Counted from the stretch's first letter, positions 30,062 to 40,348 are shown. The stretch: DNA of 62,986 nucleotides from an uncultured Paenibacillus sp. (GCA_927443375.1 CAKMKL010000050.1:1-62986), one strand, 5' to 3'. Made by a program: numbers and translations. Notes: a model not told the origin generated them from the letters alone.

Positions 30062-30562
30062 CTACCGTTCCATAACCAGAAATTCCATCTGACTCTCTCC
30101 ATTTATTTTGATGAAACTGCCCAGAGTCCTAAATCCCGCATGGCTATATAAAGCAATGGCTCTTTGGTTGAATGCAGCTACGGTCAGCCTGAACTTCTCC
30201 GGAGTAAATACACTTTCTGCGAACTGAATACCCGCCTGCAGGAATCCCTTGCCCAGCCCGTTCCCCGTGTATTCCGGCTTTAGCCCGAGGCCAATGTCAA
30301 GTACGTTGTCACCTGTATATAAACCCTGTTTCACTCCGCCCGAAACTTGTGCGTTTCTTCCATAACAGAAAAATCCGGTCAGCCCGTATTCTGGTGTGAC
30401 TACAGCGTAATAGGAACCGTCCAGCAGTTCTTCCAGACTCTCCTGGTCATCCGATGAATTGTATAGGGAGTACGGCGGCTCATATTTCCATTTGCCAATC
30501 TCAAGAGCATCCTGTTTCTCCATCAATCTAAGCTTATAGGTTACATTATTATCGTTTGCCAT
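30062..30562 (-). CDS. GNAT N-acetyltransferase
   Basis: WKYEPPYSLY, IGLGLKPEYTGNGLG and FNQRAIALY..GF motifs. Confidence 0.88.
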   Translation of the reverse strand: MANDNNVTYKLRLMEKQDALEIGKWKYEPPYSLYNSSDDQESLEELLDGSYYAVVTPEYGLTGFFCYGRNAQVSGGVKQGLYTGDNVLDIGLGLKPEYTGNGLGKGFLQAGIQFAESVFTPEKFRLTVAAFNQRAIALYSHAGFRTLGSFIKINGESQMEFLVMER

Positions 30563-30776
30563 TCGTTCTTCATCCTCCTGTTTCACTCTTCCGTAAAGAG
30601 TGCTGTGCTTAATTTATAGCACTTGGCGCAAATTCGTCAACAGCACGTCACAAAGTAACCTTCGAAACTATGGTTTCGTCCGGATAACCGGAATATAAAG
30701 CCTTGGTTTACATATACATGCCACTAGATATGGGGATTTAACTACTTCATATAAGGCGAGAGGGAGGAAACAAATC

Positions 30777-31010
30777 ATGATCTTATTTGCCAGTGTTAAT
30801 CAGGAAGAATGCATCGCCTGCGGTGCCTGCAACTCAGCTGCTCCGGATATTTTTGATTTGGATGATAGTGGAATCGCTACCGTGGTTTTTGCAGGTGACA
30901 ACAACCGCGGTGTTACGGCCATTGCTGAAGAGCTGCAGGAAGAGCTGCAGGAGGCGTTTGACAGCTGTCCTACCCAATGCATCCAGCTTGCTGAATCACC
31001 GTTTGCCTAA
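30777..31010 (+). CDS. fer: Single-cluster ferredoxin
   Basis: CIACGAC...CPT motif; GGGAGG RBS. Confidence 0.9.
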   Translation: MILFASVNQEECIACGACNSAAPDIFDLDDSGIATVVFAGDNNRGVTAIAEELQEELQEAFDSCPTQCIQLAESPFA

Positions 31011-31116
31011 AGAATTCATCTGCACAAATGCCTTGCACTGACTCCGCGAAAGCCTATATGATAGGGGAAACCCATGGAAGGCGGAATGAACCTATCCCGA
31101 TGGCAGAGGAGACCCT

Positions 31117-32211
31117 GTGCATATGACCGAAAAGAAAGTAACCTGGCTGGAGCTGTTCTATGACCTTCTGTTTGTCGCTGCCGTGTCCAAAGCAAGCCAT
31201 GTGCTGCTTCATGTAGAGGACGAGACGCTCTCTCTTGAGACGCTAGGTAAATTCGTACTGATCTTCATCCCGATCTGGTGGGCCTGGGTGGGGCAGACAC
31301 TGTTTGTGAACCGCTTTGGGCAGGATAGTGTCTCCCACCGGATCTTTCTGATCATCCAATTATTTTTTGTGCTGATTATGACGGCTAGTCTGTCTGTGGA
31401 TTTCGATGCCACATATCTTTCATTTCTGATTGGCTACATCGGACTTCGTGCGATGACTGCGGTCCAGTATCATTACGCGCATGCTAAGGAACAAGGCCAT
31501 TTGCGGGCCACCGCCCGCTATTTCGGGACCCGTTTTTGGATCGGGCTGGCGATCTCTGCCTGCTCCCTCTTCTTTGATTCATGGGTACGTTATACTGTGC
31601 TGTATGCCGGAATCGCCTTGGACATCCTTTTGCCGCTCACGGGCAGAAAAATTCTGCTAAAGACCCCGACGAATACGCATCATCTGTTGGAGCGTTTCTC
31701 GCTGTTCGCCCTGATCCTGCTCGGTGAATCTGTGGTCAGCATCCTCGCTGTGCTGCAATCCAGCACTTGGACACCGGAATCCGTGGCTTTTGCATCGCTG
31801 GCCTTTGTGCTCATTATTGCGATGTGGTGGCAGTATTATGACAACCTGGAGAAAAAAGTAGACAAGCATGTGCAGACTGCCGGGCAGACCATCATCTACG
31901 GACATTTGTTCATCTTTCTGTCGCTATGCACCATCGCCGCAGCCATTCAGCTCCTGTTCCTGAACAAACTTCATTATGAGCTGATGGTGAATCTGTTCTT
32001 CGGCTCGGTAGCACTTTATTTTGCATCTACTACCCTGGTTTTTCATGTCTACAGGCACAAGCAGCACCGGCTGGGAATCTTTCAACTGTCACTTCTGGCA
32101 GGGCTTCTGGCCGGCTTATACATTCTGGATAGGGTGTTCCACGTTTCAAATGTGCTGATGATGGGGGAAATGGCGCTGTTCTTTGCGGTATATGCCAAGA
32201 TCACGACATGA
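31117..32211 (+). CDS. ltrA: Low temperature requirement protein A family membrane protein
   Basis: TWLELFYDLLFV, HLLERF...LGE and YGHL motifs. Confidence 0.9.
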   Translation: MHMTEKKVTWLELFYDLLFVAAVSKASHVLLHVEDETLSLETLGKFVLIFIPIWWAWVGQTLFVNRFGQDSVSHRIFLIIQLFFVLIMTASLSVDFDATYLSFLIGYIGLRAMTAVQYHYAHAKEQGHLRATARYFGTRFWIGLAISACSLFFDSWVRYTVLYAGIALDILLPLTGRKILLKTPTNTHHLLERFSLFALILLGESVVSILAVLQSSTWTPESVAFASLAFVLIIAMWWQYYDNLEKKVDKHVQTAGQTIIYGHLFIFLSLCTIAAAIQLLFLNKLHYELMVNLFFGSVALYFASTTLVFHVYRHKQHRLGIFQLSLLAGLLAGLYILDRVFHVSNVLMMGEMALFFAVYAKITT

Positions 32212-32242
32212 CCCAGACAAATAATAACTAATCAACACAAGC

Positions 32243-32279
32243 AGCCGCTGGCAAGGGAATTCCCTGCCAGCGGCTTTTT
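32243..32279 (+). terminator. Intrinsic terminator
   Basis: AGCCGCTGGCA...TGCCAGCGGCT plus T run. Confidence 0.8.
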
Positions 32280-32328
32280 AAATTGAAAAAGGGATGCTAT
32301 GATTTAACAGAAGGAGGAGCAGCTTAGA

Positions 32329-33108
32329 ATGGACATTAACAAATATGAGCATCTCGTTCCAAACGTCTTTCTGTTCGTGGACCGCAGATCCTTCCCGGAT
32401 TGGGAGATTGGCCGGAGCACCATTGATTTCCATGATCTTACCTTCATCGTTGAAGGGAAATCCAACTACTACATAAACGGGGAGAAATTCACCGTGGAAG
32501 CAGGCGATATGCTCTATGCCCCTTCCGGCAGCATTCGGCAGGCCCATACCTTCAAGGAGGCGCCCATGCATTCCTTTGCCTTTAATTTTGTCTGGGAAGG
32601 TGCGGACAACCATGTGCAGCTTCCTTTCGGTACGGTCACCAAGAACTGGAGGACCAAAGAGCTCCTGGAGGATATCCGGGAATTCTCGCATGTCTGGATG
32701 GACAAACAGCCCTTCTACAAAATGAAGGCCCGGGCCATCTTCCAGCTGATTATATACCGACTGCTCTGTATCGCCCACCATCAGCAGGCCCCGCTGGTTG
32801 ATCCCCGAATCCAAAAGGCAATGGCCTATATCATGGATCATTATATGAAGGATGTCACCATACATGAGCTTGCCGGTTTGGTTGGCCTGAATCCCGAGTA
32901 CCTGGGCAAGCTGTTCAAGCAGAACACCGGCTCCACCTGCAAAGAATTCCTCAACAGGGTACGGGTGAACAACGCCGAGATGATTCTGGCGGCAGGCGGC
33001 TTTAATGTATCCGAAGTAGCGGAGCACTGCGGGTATCATGACACCGCGTATTTCAGCAATGTCTTTAAAAGTATCAAGGGTTATCCTCCGTCATCCGTCC
33101 TTAGATAA
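32329..33108 (+). CDS. AraC family transcriptional regulator
   Basis: Cupin-like N-domain; VSEVAEHCGY.D..YFSNVFK...G..P C-terminus. Confidence 0.92.
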   Translation: MDINKYEHLVPNVFLFVDRRSFPDWEIGRSTIDFHDLTFIVEGKSNYYINGEKFTVEAGDMLYAPSGSIRQAHTFKEAPMHSFAFNFVWEGADNHVQLPFGTVTKNWRTKELLEDIREFSHVWMDKQPFYKMKARAIFQLIIYRLLCIAHHQQAPLVDPRIQKAMAYIMDHYMKDVTIHELAGLVGLNPEYLGKLFKQNTGSTCKEFLNRVRVNNAEMILAAGGFNVSEVAEHCGYHDTAYFSNVFKSIKGYPPSSVLR

Positions 33109-33125
33109 CGTTAGGCCCGGGACAC

Positions 33126-36005
33126 TTACGGACATTCATGTTCCACCGTGAAGTTGTACTTTATTTGCTCCGGCTGTCCTGTATAAAAGCTCTCCTCCGG
33201 GCCCAGGTACGAATAAGGGAGCGGGACAGCAGACAGCACCAGCTTTTGCAGGACCAGACCGGAATCCAAGCCGTAGAAACGAAGGGTATGGATCCCCTTG
33301 GTCAAGATATGGCGGGTAGTCATGGTATGAATATTATCCATCACGGCCTGGCACCAGGCTGCATTATCATGATTGCCGCCCTCAAAGTCCGCCGGCAGAG
33401 CGTCAGCAATAACCGGTATCCCGTTATCAAAGCCTGCCGCATATTTCAATCCGCTGGTCTGTGACAGATTATTCGTCGGGGCAAGATACGAAGTCAGGCT
33501 GTACTCCCCGTTCCGCTGCACTAGTACCGAGTATTCCAGATATGGCGCATGCTCCGGTTGTTCAAAGGACACTCCGTCCGGATACATTTTTACCGAAGAT
33601 AAGGTACGCCCGTAATTTTCAATGATCTTCCATTCCACACCGGACTTCGATACACAGCTAAGCGCATGCTCCGCTTCGATAGAAATGACGTTATGTGTTT
33701 CAATAAAGGTCAGCGGTGGCACTTCCCGGACGTCAATCCAATCTGCTGCCACACTCACCTTGACCGTTCCTCCTGCACCGGTAATGGTAATCTCACCGCT
33801 TGCCGACTCCCCTATTTTCTCCCAATCCACAGAGACAGCAATTGTCTCACCTTCTTTAACCCAGCCGCCGGACTTCTCCAGCCTGACCCACTCCGCGCTG
33901 CTGACTGCTTCATAGGCAAACTCCGTATCTCCGCCATTGCTGATCGTAATCCCCCAGCTCTCTTTACGCAGATTCGTAAATTCCGGCAGACTCACTGTAC
34001 CAGACTTATAGCCTTGCTCTGTTCCCTCCACATTAACAATCATCTGGGAACCTTTGATTGGTACAATAGTCTTGACTTCGGGATAGCTCCAGCCTTCCGC
34101 GTCCCAGTTGACATAACCCACATGTGCGGAGCTCATCATCCCCCGCCATTTCCCTCTGGAGATTCCGTTATTATAGACCTGTTCGAGCTGCTTATCCCGC
34201 TCAATCGCTTCGCTGACCCGTTCGGCATAGATATTGGCCAGGACACTACCCCGCTCAGCGAACAGCTGGCTAAGTCCAGCGTAAATCTGCATTTTGACCA
34301 CATTCGCTGAAGCTGCCGCCGGGAAATAAACGAGCTGATAATACGCGTCTTTGTGGCTGTCCGGAATGAGCTTCTCATATTTACCGGCCGCTTCCTCAAG
34401 GCTAACCGCCTGCTGCAGGACTCTCCGGGCCTCATTATAATGGACAAGGCTGAAGGTGGATGGCCTTATAATTTCCGGTTTGCGCCGTCCATTCATTCTC
34501 GTGTAATCCGAGAGTACCTGCGCGATCCCGGAGATTGCCTCCGGATCTGCGATATGCCCGAACTGCTGCCGGGTCCAACGCACGGTATATTCCGCTGTCT
34601 GGTTGATTGCACCTGTGCCCCATGCCTCAAAGTCATAAGCCAAGTCCAAAAAGTAAGAGATTGGCAGCTCCATCGGCTTCAAATCCCCGACATTAACGAT
34701 CCATACGTCACGAACGCCGTAATCAAAGGCCATACACATCTGCTCCCATGTCTTTTCAAGCGGGCTGGTATTCAGCCATTCATAGGAATGCGGACCTCCG
34801 TGATAATCAAAATGATAATACATCCCCCACCCGGCGCTGCGCTGCTGCTCTTCACCCGCCGGGATTTTGCGGAGATTGCCGAAGTTATCGTCTGCCAGCA
34901 GAATCGTCACATCGTTCAGCACATCCCATTGCTTGAGGCCCTCTACCTCGTCAGTACCGTACCAGTATTTCTCCACTTCCTTATATACAGCGAGAATTTG
35001 CGGCGAATGTTCAAGATTATATTTCTTCAAAAGCGCTTTCTGGGTGCGGATGATGTCCTTCAGCAGCTCTATATTTTCCCGGTCAGAGCCCTCCAGTGCA
35101 GAATCGCTCTCGCCCCGCATCCCTAGTGTGATCAGGTTGGAGTAATCTTTATTTCGCTTGATTCCATCCTCCCAGAAGGCGGTAATAGCCTCTCTATTCC
35201 GGGCAAAGTCCCACAGATTACTTGTCCCGTACTGCTCATACACCTTCTGCCATTCACTGCCTGCCCGGAACAGCGGCTCATGATGGGATGTGCCCATAAC
35301 AATGCCGTATTCTTCCGCATGCCTGGCGTTCGCCAGCGGGTGACTCTTGCCGTTCAGGCTGAATTCAGCGCTCCACATGGCCGGCCACAGGTAGTTCCCC
35401 TTCAATCTGAGGATCAGCTCGAATACCTTATCGTAGAAAAGTTCATTGAAGTCACCAAAAGCCCCGGTAACCCAAGAGCCCAGAGACGGCCAATCGTCAT
35501 TCAGGAAAATACCCCTGTATTTCACAGAAGGCTCATTGGAGGTCCTGTTCAGGAGATGATCAGGAATTTCCAGCAGCGGTTTCTTCTCCGGGAGCACGTC
35601 CGCAAAGTACACCCACGGGCTGACACCGATCAGCTCAGAAATACTATAAATGCCGTAAATGGTGCCACGTTTATCGCTGCCCGCAATAACCAGCGCCTGA
35701 TCCACCCCGTCAACCGGCTGTTCGACCAGCCGTATGATGTAACATTCCCTTTTATTACGGATGGAGGATACGTCCAGCTTACCCGCCGCAATCAATGTAT
35801 CGATAAGTTCATTACCGCCGACTGCACCGGCAATAACCACTGTGCTGCCAAGCTGCTCTTTCCGGGTAATGATTTCAGGTGTGGCTCCAGTCACCAGATT
35901 TATGTCTTCAGCAAAAGACCCGGCCACCCTTCTCAGTCCGTCATACTCCTTCGCCGTAGGGTCCAGGTATATCTTCGCGGCTTCACCTTGCTTCACAATT
36001 ATCAT
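33126..36005 (-). CDS. Glycoside hydrolase family 115 (alpha-glucuronidase-like), no signal peptide
   Basis: PSVKYRGIFLND, LWPAMW, GTSHHEP, GMRGE.D, DDNFGN and YYHFDYHG motifs; GGAGGG RBS before 36005. Confidence 0.92.
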   Translation of the reverse strand: MIIVKQGEAAKIYLDPTAKEYDGLRRVAGSFAEDINLVTGATPEIITRKEQLGSTVVIAGAVGGNELIDTLIAAGKLDVSSIRNKRECYIIRLVEQPVDGVDQALVIAGSDKRGTIYGIYSISELIGVSPWVYFADVLPEKKPLLEIPDHLLNRTSNEPSVKYRGIFLNDDWPSLGSWVTGAFGDFNELFYDKVFELILRLKGNYLWPAMWSAEFSLNGKSHPLANARHAEEYGIVMGTSHHEPLFRAGSEWQKVYEQYGTSNLWDFARNREAITAFWEDGIKRNKDYSNLITLGMRGESDSALEGSDRENIELLKDIIRTQKALLKKYNLEHSPQILAVYKEVEKYWYGTDEVEGLKQWDVLNDVTILLADDNFGNLRKIPAGEEQQRSAGWGMYYHFDYHGGPHSYEWLNTSPLEKTWEQMCMAFDYGVRDVWIVNVGDLKPMELPISYFLDLAYDFEAWGTGAINQTAEYTVRWTRQQFGHIADPEAISGIAQVLSDYTRMNGRRKPEIIRPSTFSLVHYNEARRVLQQAVSLEEAAGKYEKLIPDSHKDAYYQLVYFPAAASANVVKMQIYAGLSQLFAERGSVLANIYAERVSEAIERDKQLEQVYNNGISRGKWRGMMSSAHVGYVNWDAEGWSYPEVKTIVPIKGSQMIVNVEGTEQGYKSGTVSLPEFTNLRKESWGITISNGGDTEFAYEAVSSAEWVRLEKSGGWVKEGETIAVSVDWEKIGESASGEITITGAGGTVKVSVAADWIDVREVPPLTFIETHNVISIEAEHALSCVSKSGVEWKIIENYGRTLSSVKMYPDGVSFEQPEHAPYLEYSVLVQRNGEYSLTSYLAPTNNLSQTSGLKYAAGFDNGIPVIADALPADFEGGNHDNAAWCQAVMDNIHTMTTRHILTKGIHTLRFYGLDSGLVLQKLVLSAVPLPYSYLGPEESFYTGQPEQIKYNFTVEHECP

Positions 36006-36286
36006 TCGAAATTTCCCTCCGTACCTTTTTTCAAAGACTAGACTCAGGCACATTATATAAGTAAAGCGGTTTCAGCGACCATGTGTAAACTAGATACTTT
36101 TTGTAATAAGCAGAGGGAAATTGTGATATTGGGGCTGAAATGAACGATTAAGGATTCCAGACCCGGAGTGTTTCTGGTACAGTGTAGACATTGTTAGGCG
36201 CTGACAGCAGATAAATAAGAGTGTATTCACCTGGACGATTGGAAAGCGCCTTCAAAAAATATCAACGAACGAGGATGATTTGAACA

Positions 36287-38023
36287 ATGGAGGACAATTA
36301 CAGCACCATACCAGGTGATACAGCCGCTGGCCCCAAAGCTCCCAAGGATCCCACCGAGCGGAGAAACGGGTTCTACGTGCTGTTCGAGACAGGCATCGAG
36401 GCGACGGCCCGGGCCGAAGGTAAACCCTCTCAGGAGATTTATCTGGAAGGCAGCTATCTGACGGACAAGGCCAGGTATATTGGCGGCGTAACGGATGAGC
36501 ATATGCTTGAGCTTCTGAGAAGCTGGAGCGGTTTCCGCAAGCTGGTACACAGTATCGGTGTGGCTGTAAAAGTGAAGAATAAGCAGTCGGAGGTCTCCTT
36601 TCTGCTGCAGAATTGGGGGAAGACGAATAAGTATGTAACCGGCACCAGTCTGCGGATTCCCTGCCCCGGCGATGGAACGGAGGTCATTCTAAGACTGGAT
36701 GACCTCGAATGGTCTGCTGATGATGAGGCTCCCGGCAAGTTTGCTTTTGAATTCAATCATCCGGGCGAGCTGGCTGCGGCGAGTATAATCTTTTATCTGA
36801 ATGACGGTTATACTGTGCCAGAGCTGACGGCTGAAGCGCCGGTTGATTTCGGCTCGGACGAATACCGTGAGATGATCGCGAAGTCCCTGATGCATTCAGG
36901 GAATAATCGAAGATTGAAGTCTGCTATAGACAAAGCGGTACGGGGCGAGGAGGTTACGATTGCCTATATTGGAGGTTCAATTACGCAGGGCGCAGGAGCC
37001 AAGCCGGTCCATACGGAGTGTTACGCCCATCAATCCTATTTGGGCTTTAAGGAGCAGTTCGGTAAGGACGGCGGAGAGAATATCCATTTTGTAAAAGCAG
37101 GGGTAGGCGGCACACCGTCCGAGCTCGGCGTCATCCGTTATGACCGGGATATCCTCCGGGAGGGCTCCGTGGTACCCGACATCGTAATCGTGGAATTTGC
37201 CGTAAACGACGAAGGCGATGAAACGAAGGGGAATTGCTACGAAAGCCTATGCCTGAAAATCCTGTCCGCTGACAACCGGCCGGCTGTCATTCTGCTGTTC
37301 AGCGTGTTTGTGAATGACTGGAACCTGCAGGAACGGCTCACCCCGGTCGGACTGCACTATAATCTTCCGATGGTCAGTGTAAAGGACGCCGTATCAGAGC
37401 AATTCCAGCTGACCAAGGCGGAGGGGAACATCATCTCGAAACGGCAATTTTTCTATGATATCTATCATCCTACCAATGACGGCCACCGGGTTATGGCGGA
37501 TTGCCTGACTTATCTGTTCTCCGAAACCAGTAAGGCTGAAATGGATAGCAGTGAGACTAGTCTGGACCAGCCGCCGGTGATCGGGAATGATTACACGGGC
37601 ATCCGGCTGCTGGACCGGATCACGTCAATAGAAGCTGCGAAGATTGACATAGGCGGTTTCACGGAGCTGGATACCGAGCTGCAGATGGTAGAAATGGATG
37701 CCAACCCTTACGGAACAGCGGAATTTCCGCATAACTGGATGCATTCGGCTTCGTCAGGTTCTGCGGGCTTCAAGCTGACAATAACAAGCAGAATTCTGAT
37801 CCTGATCTTCAAGGATTCCGGCAGCCCCGACTTCGGAAAGGCAAATATTTACGTGGACGGCGCTCTGGTGATCACCGCGGACCCCCATGAGAACAACTGG
37901 ACTCACTGCAATCCGGTCATCCTTTATCAGAATGAGAGCAGCGTGGAGCATACGATCGAAATCTCAATGGCCCCCGGGGATGAGGACAAGTGCTTTACGA
38001 TACTGGGCTTTGGGTATTGTTGA
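36287..38023 (+). CDS. SGNH/GDSL hydrolase with N- and C-terminal extra domains
   Basis: IGGSITQG, AGVGGT, EFAVND and DIYHP blocks. Confidence 0.85.
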   Translation: MEDNYSTIPGDTAAGPKAPKDPTERRNGFYVLFETGIEATARAEGKPSQEIYLEGSYLTDKARYIGGVTDEHMLELLRSWSGFRKLVHSIGVAVKVKNKQSEVSFLLQNWGKTNKYVTGTSLRIPCPGDGTEVILRLDDLEWSADDEAPGKFAFEFNHPGELAAASIIFYLNDGYTVPELTAEAPVDFGSDEYREMIAKSLMHSGNNRRLKSAIDKAVRGEEVTIAYIGGSITQGAGAKPVHTECYAHQSYLGFKEQFGKDGGENIHFVKAGVGGTPSELGVIRYDRDILREGSVVPDIVIVEFAVNDEGDETKGNCYESLCLKILSADNRPAVILLFSVFVNDWNLQERLTPVGLHYNLPMVSVKDAVSEQFQLTKAEGNIISKRQFFYDIYHPTNDGHRVMADCLTYLFSETSKAEMDSSETSLDQPPVIGNDYTGIRLLDRITSIEAAKIDIGGFTELDTELQMVEMDANPYGTAEFPHNWMHSASSGSAGFKLTITSRILILIFKDSGSPDFGKANIYVDGALVITADPHENNWTHCNPVILYQNESSVEHTIEISMAPGDEDKCFTILGFGYC

Positions 38024-38058
38024 CTTGGTGATGTCTTGTAACCTATTTCGAAGCAAAA

Positions 38059-38096
38059 AGGTGTTCTCCCGGCCGTTTTTAGACCGGAGAACACCT
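38059..38096. terminator. Hairpin between convergent genes
   Basis: AGGTGTTCTCC...GGAGAACACCT. Confidence 0.6.
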
Positions 38097-38106
38097 GCTT
38101 ACGGGG

Positions 38107-38251
38107 AACAAAGGGATTTTTCCCTTTGTTTTCTTCCTCCAGCCGCGAATCAGCCCAATCAAGGGGATTTTTCCCTTTGTTTTCTCCCTCCAGCCGTGAA
38201 CCAGTCCAAACAAGGGGATTTTTCCCTTTGTTTTCACCCTCCGGCCGCGAT
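38107..38251. repeat. Three 51-bp tandem units, each with a palindromic core
   Basis: CAA(A/G)GGGATTTTTCCCTTTGTTTTC at 38109, 38160 and 38211. Confidence 0.92.
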
Positions 38252-38262
38252 TCTCTTCCGAT

Positions 38263-38850
38263 CTACTCCCTGCAGATGGAATCCATATGGCTGTCCAGCA
38301 CGCGGATAATCCGCTGCTTGTCTATCCGCCCAGGCTCCAGCATGGCATGCAGGGCCAGACCGTCGACCAGGGCATACAGCCGCTCCGCTTCGTTGTCCTT
38401 ATCCATCCCCTGTCTCAATAAGCCCTGCTCGTCCAGATGGTCAACGAGATGGCATATACCCGGGTAGACCCCGTCGTTCAACCCGCTATGATCTCCCTCC
38501 GTATTCCTAACATGAAAGATAAACGCGAACCATACTTCCATTTCAGCCATGGTACTCTCGTCTAGAGGAATCATCTCCATCAATGCCCTGGTGACCAGCT
38601 CTTTAGGCGGCAGACCGAGACTGATAACGGCTTCAATTCTGGCGTTGGCCCGTTCCTTTACAAGATTCATGGCAAACGCAAGCAGCTCCTGCTGCGTAGT
38701 GAAATAATGGCGTAAGGCCCCCAGAGACACGCCTGCCTCCTGCGCAATGTTACGTACAGTGGCTCCTTTCATCCCCTGATTCATAATGACGCGCCAGGTC
38801 GCTTCTGCAATATGTGATTTCCGCTCTGAATGATCGACAATTTTTGGCAT
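38263..38850 (-). CDS. pksA: TetR family regulator, PksA-like
   Basis: MPKIVDH..RK..IAEATWRVI...SLGALRHYF and EMEVWFAF; divergent from ymcC as in B. subtilis. Confidence 0.82.
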   Translation of the reverse strand: MPKIVDHSERKSHIAEATWRVIMNQGMKGATVRNIAQEAGVSLGALRHYFTTQQELLAFAMNLVKERANARIEAVISLGLPPKELVTRALMEMIPLDESTMAEMEVWFAFIFHVRNTEGDHSGLNDGVYPGICHLVDHLDEQGLLRQGMDKDNEAERLYALVDGLALHAMLEPGRIDKQRIIRVLDSHMDSICRE

Positions 38851-38889
38851 AGCCGTATTGTATCATAGGAGAAACACTGCGTGCAATTT

Positions 38890-38909
38890 TATAATACAGT
38901 TGTATTATA
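38890..38909. promoter_or_regulatory. TetR operator palindrome
   Basis: TATAATACA-GT-TGTATTATA perfect inverted repeat between the divergent genes. Confidence 0.8.
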
Positions 38910-38970
38910 TTAATCCGGCTGCTATAATTTCACTTATCTAACACACATTATTCGATTACCGGGGTGGATT

Positions 38971-39528
38971 ATGAATCTGGTAGCTTGGGCCAATGTCACT
39001 TGTGAAATTCTGTTCTGGGTGGTCATTATCGCCGGACTTACGGCTCGTTACATCTTCAAACGCAAGAAGCTGGGGCTCTTGTTCCTTGCTATGACTCCGG
39101 TGCTGGACCTCATTCTGCTGGTGATTGCAGGCATGGATCTGGCAAAGGGCGCGTCCGCCACCACAGCGCATGCGCTCGCAGCCATCTATATTTCAGTGTC
39201 CATTGTCTTCGGCAAAAGCATGATCAGCTGGGCCGACGAACGCTTCCGGTATTATGTCACTAAGCAGGGGCCGTTGCCGCTCAAGCGCTATGGGATGGAA
39301 CATGCCGTTCATTATTTCAAAAGCTGGCTGAAGCATGTGCTCGCTTATCTGCTTGGAGCAGGAATACTGTATGGACTCATCACGTGGATTAACGACCCTG
39401 CCCGGACGGAGGCGCTGCAAAATATCATCGTGATATGGTCAGTAGTGGTCGCCATTGATCTGATCATCTCCGGTTCATATTTTCTCTGGCCGCGAAAAGC
39501 AAAGAACCCGGTCACCCGGGATTTATAG
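38971..39528 (+). CDS. ymcC: YmcC-like membrane protein
   Basis: CEILFWVVI...TPVLDL...GASAT.AH...WADERF.YYV pattern. Confidence 0.82.
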   Translation: MNLVAWANVTCEILFWVVIIAGLTARYIFKRKKLGLLFLAMTPVLDLILLVIAGMDLAKGASATTAHALAAIYISVSIVFGKSMISWADERFRYYVTKQGPLPLKRYGMEHAVHYFKSWLKHVLAYLLGAGILYGLITWINDPARTEALQNIIVIWSVVVAIDLIISGSYFLWPRKAKNPVTRDL

Positions 39529-39618
39529 TACAAGTGATTTGTAGTAAAAACGCTTAAATAGCGTTACTATTAGTCATGAATATATCTCACCAAAATGCTC
39601 TATAAGGAGCAACCAACG

Positions 39619-39840
39619 ATGAAATTATCTGTTTTTTACGATCATATCCGGGAAGCTGCCGGACAGAATGACCGGAGCCTGGAAGAAATCTGTACCCTGG
39701 TAAAAAGCTACGGGATCGATGCAGTGGAGATGGATGCCGCCTGCTACGCACCACACTTTCGCCATCGAACACTTTGGTGCAGTGGATCAGCTGACGTATA
39801 TGAAGCAATCTGCCGAATGGCTGCTTGGGCTCCGAACTGA
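39619..39840 (+). pseudogene. N-terminal fragment of a sugar phosphate isomerase/epimerase
   Basis: AAGGAG RBS; MKLSVFYDHI...SLEE...GIDAVE then unrelated sequence and a stop. Confidence 0.6.
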
Positions 39841-39985
39841 GGTTTTTGGGAAAAATATCTAATGAACCTTCCCCGGAGGATGATTGGCTTGATTCAGGCT
39901 GCAAGGCCAATCCCTCTACCCGCAATATTCCATGGAGTATGCCTCCCTGCAAAACCCTTTACTACTATTCATAATTCTGCGGCAC

Positions 39986-40348
39986 CTATTTTTCCCCTGG
40001 TATTTTTTGACCCTCTTCTACCAGAGGCTTCAGGTCATCCTGAACACTGCCTTCCCATAAAGGAATACCTGAGCGGTAGGCGGACCGGCCGTTCAAATGA
40101 CCTGCCACCGGTGAAGTGATGAAAACAAATACAATGGCAAGCAGCAGCTTGAAGCTGACTGTTCCATCCACCACCCAGAAGTACAGAAATCCCCCGCCCA
40201 GCACACAAAGCACCCCAAGCGTTGCACTTTTGGTTGCAGCATGCGAACGCAGATAGACATCGGGCAGCCGGACTAAGCCGAAAGCACTCAGAGCGCAGAA
40301 AATGGCTCCTACCAATACCAGAATCGAACTAATCAGCTCACCTGTCAT
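39986..40348 (-). CDS. mrpG: Mrp Na+/H+ antiporter subunit G
   Basis: RLPDVYLRSHAATKSATLG motif. Confidence 0.92.
   Translation of the reverse strand: MTGELISSILVLVGAIFCALSAFGLVRLPDVYLRSHAATKSATLGVLCVLGGGFLYFWVVDGTVSFKLLLAIVFVFITSPVAGHLNGRSAYRSGIPLWEGSVQDDLKPLVEEGQKIPGEK

Noticed and set aside
31060-31097. Riboswitch-like GATAGG...CCTATC stem before ltrA
   Set aside because: The 5' arm overlaps the likely -10 box (TTGCAC-18-TATGAT), so it would not be transcribed; no known aptamer core.
32278-36060. Long alternative ORFs (253, 214, 257 and 253 aa)
   Set aside because: Antisense shadows of the AraC and GH115 genes with no family signal.
38107-38251. CRISPR array
   Set aside because: The linkers are homologous to each other, there are only three units, and there is no leader or cas gene in the window.
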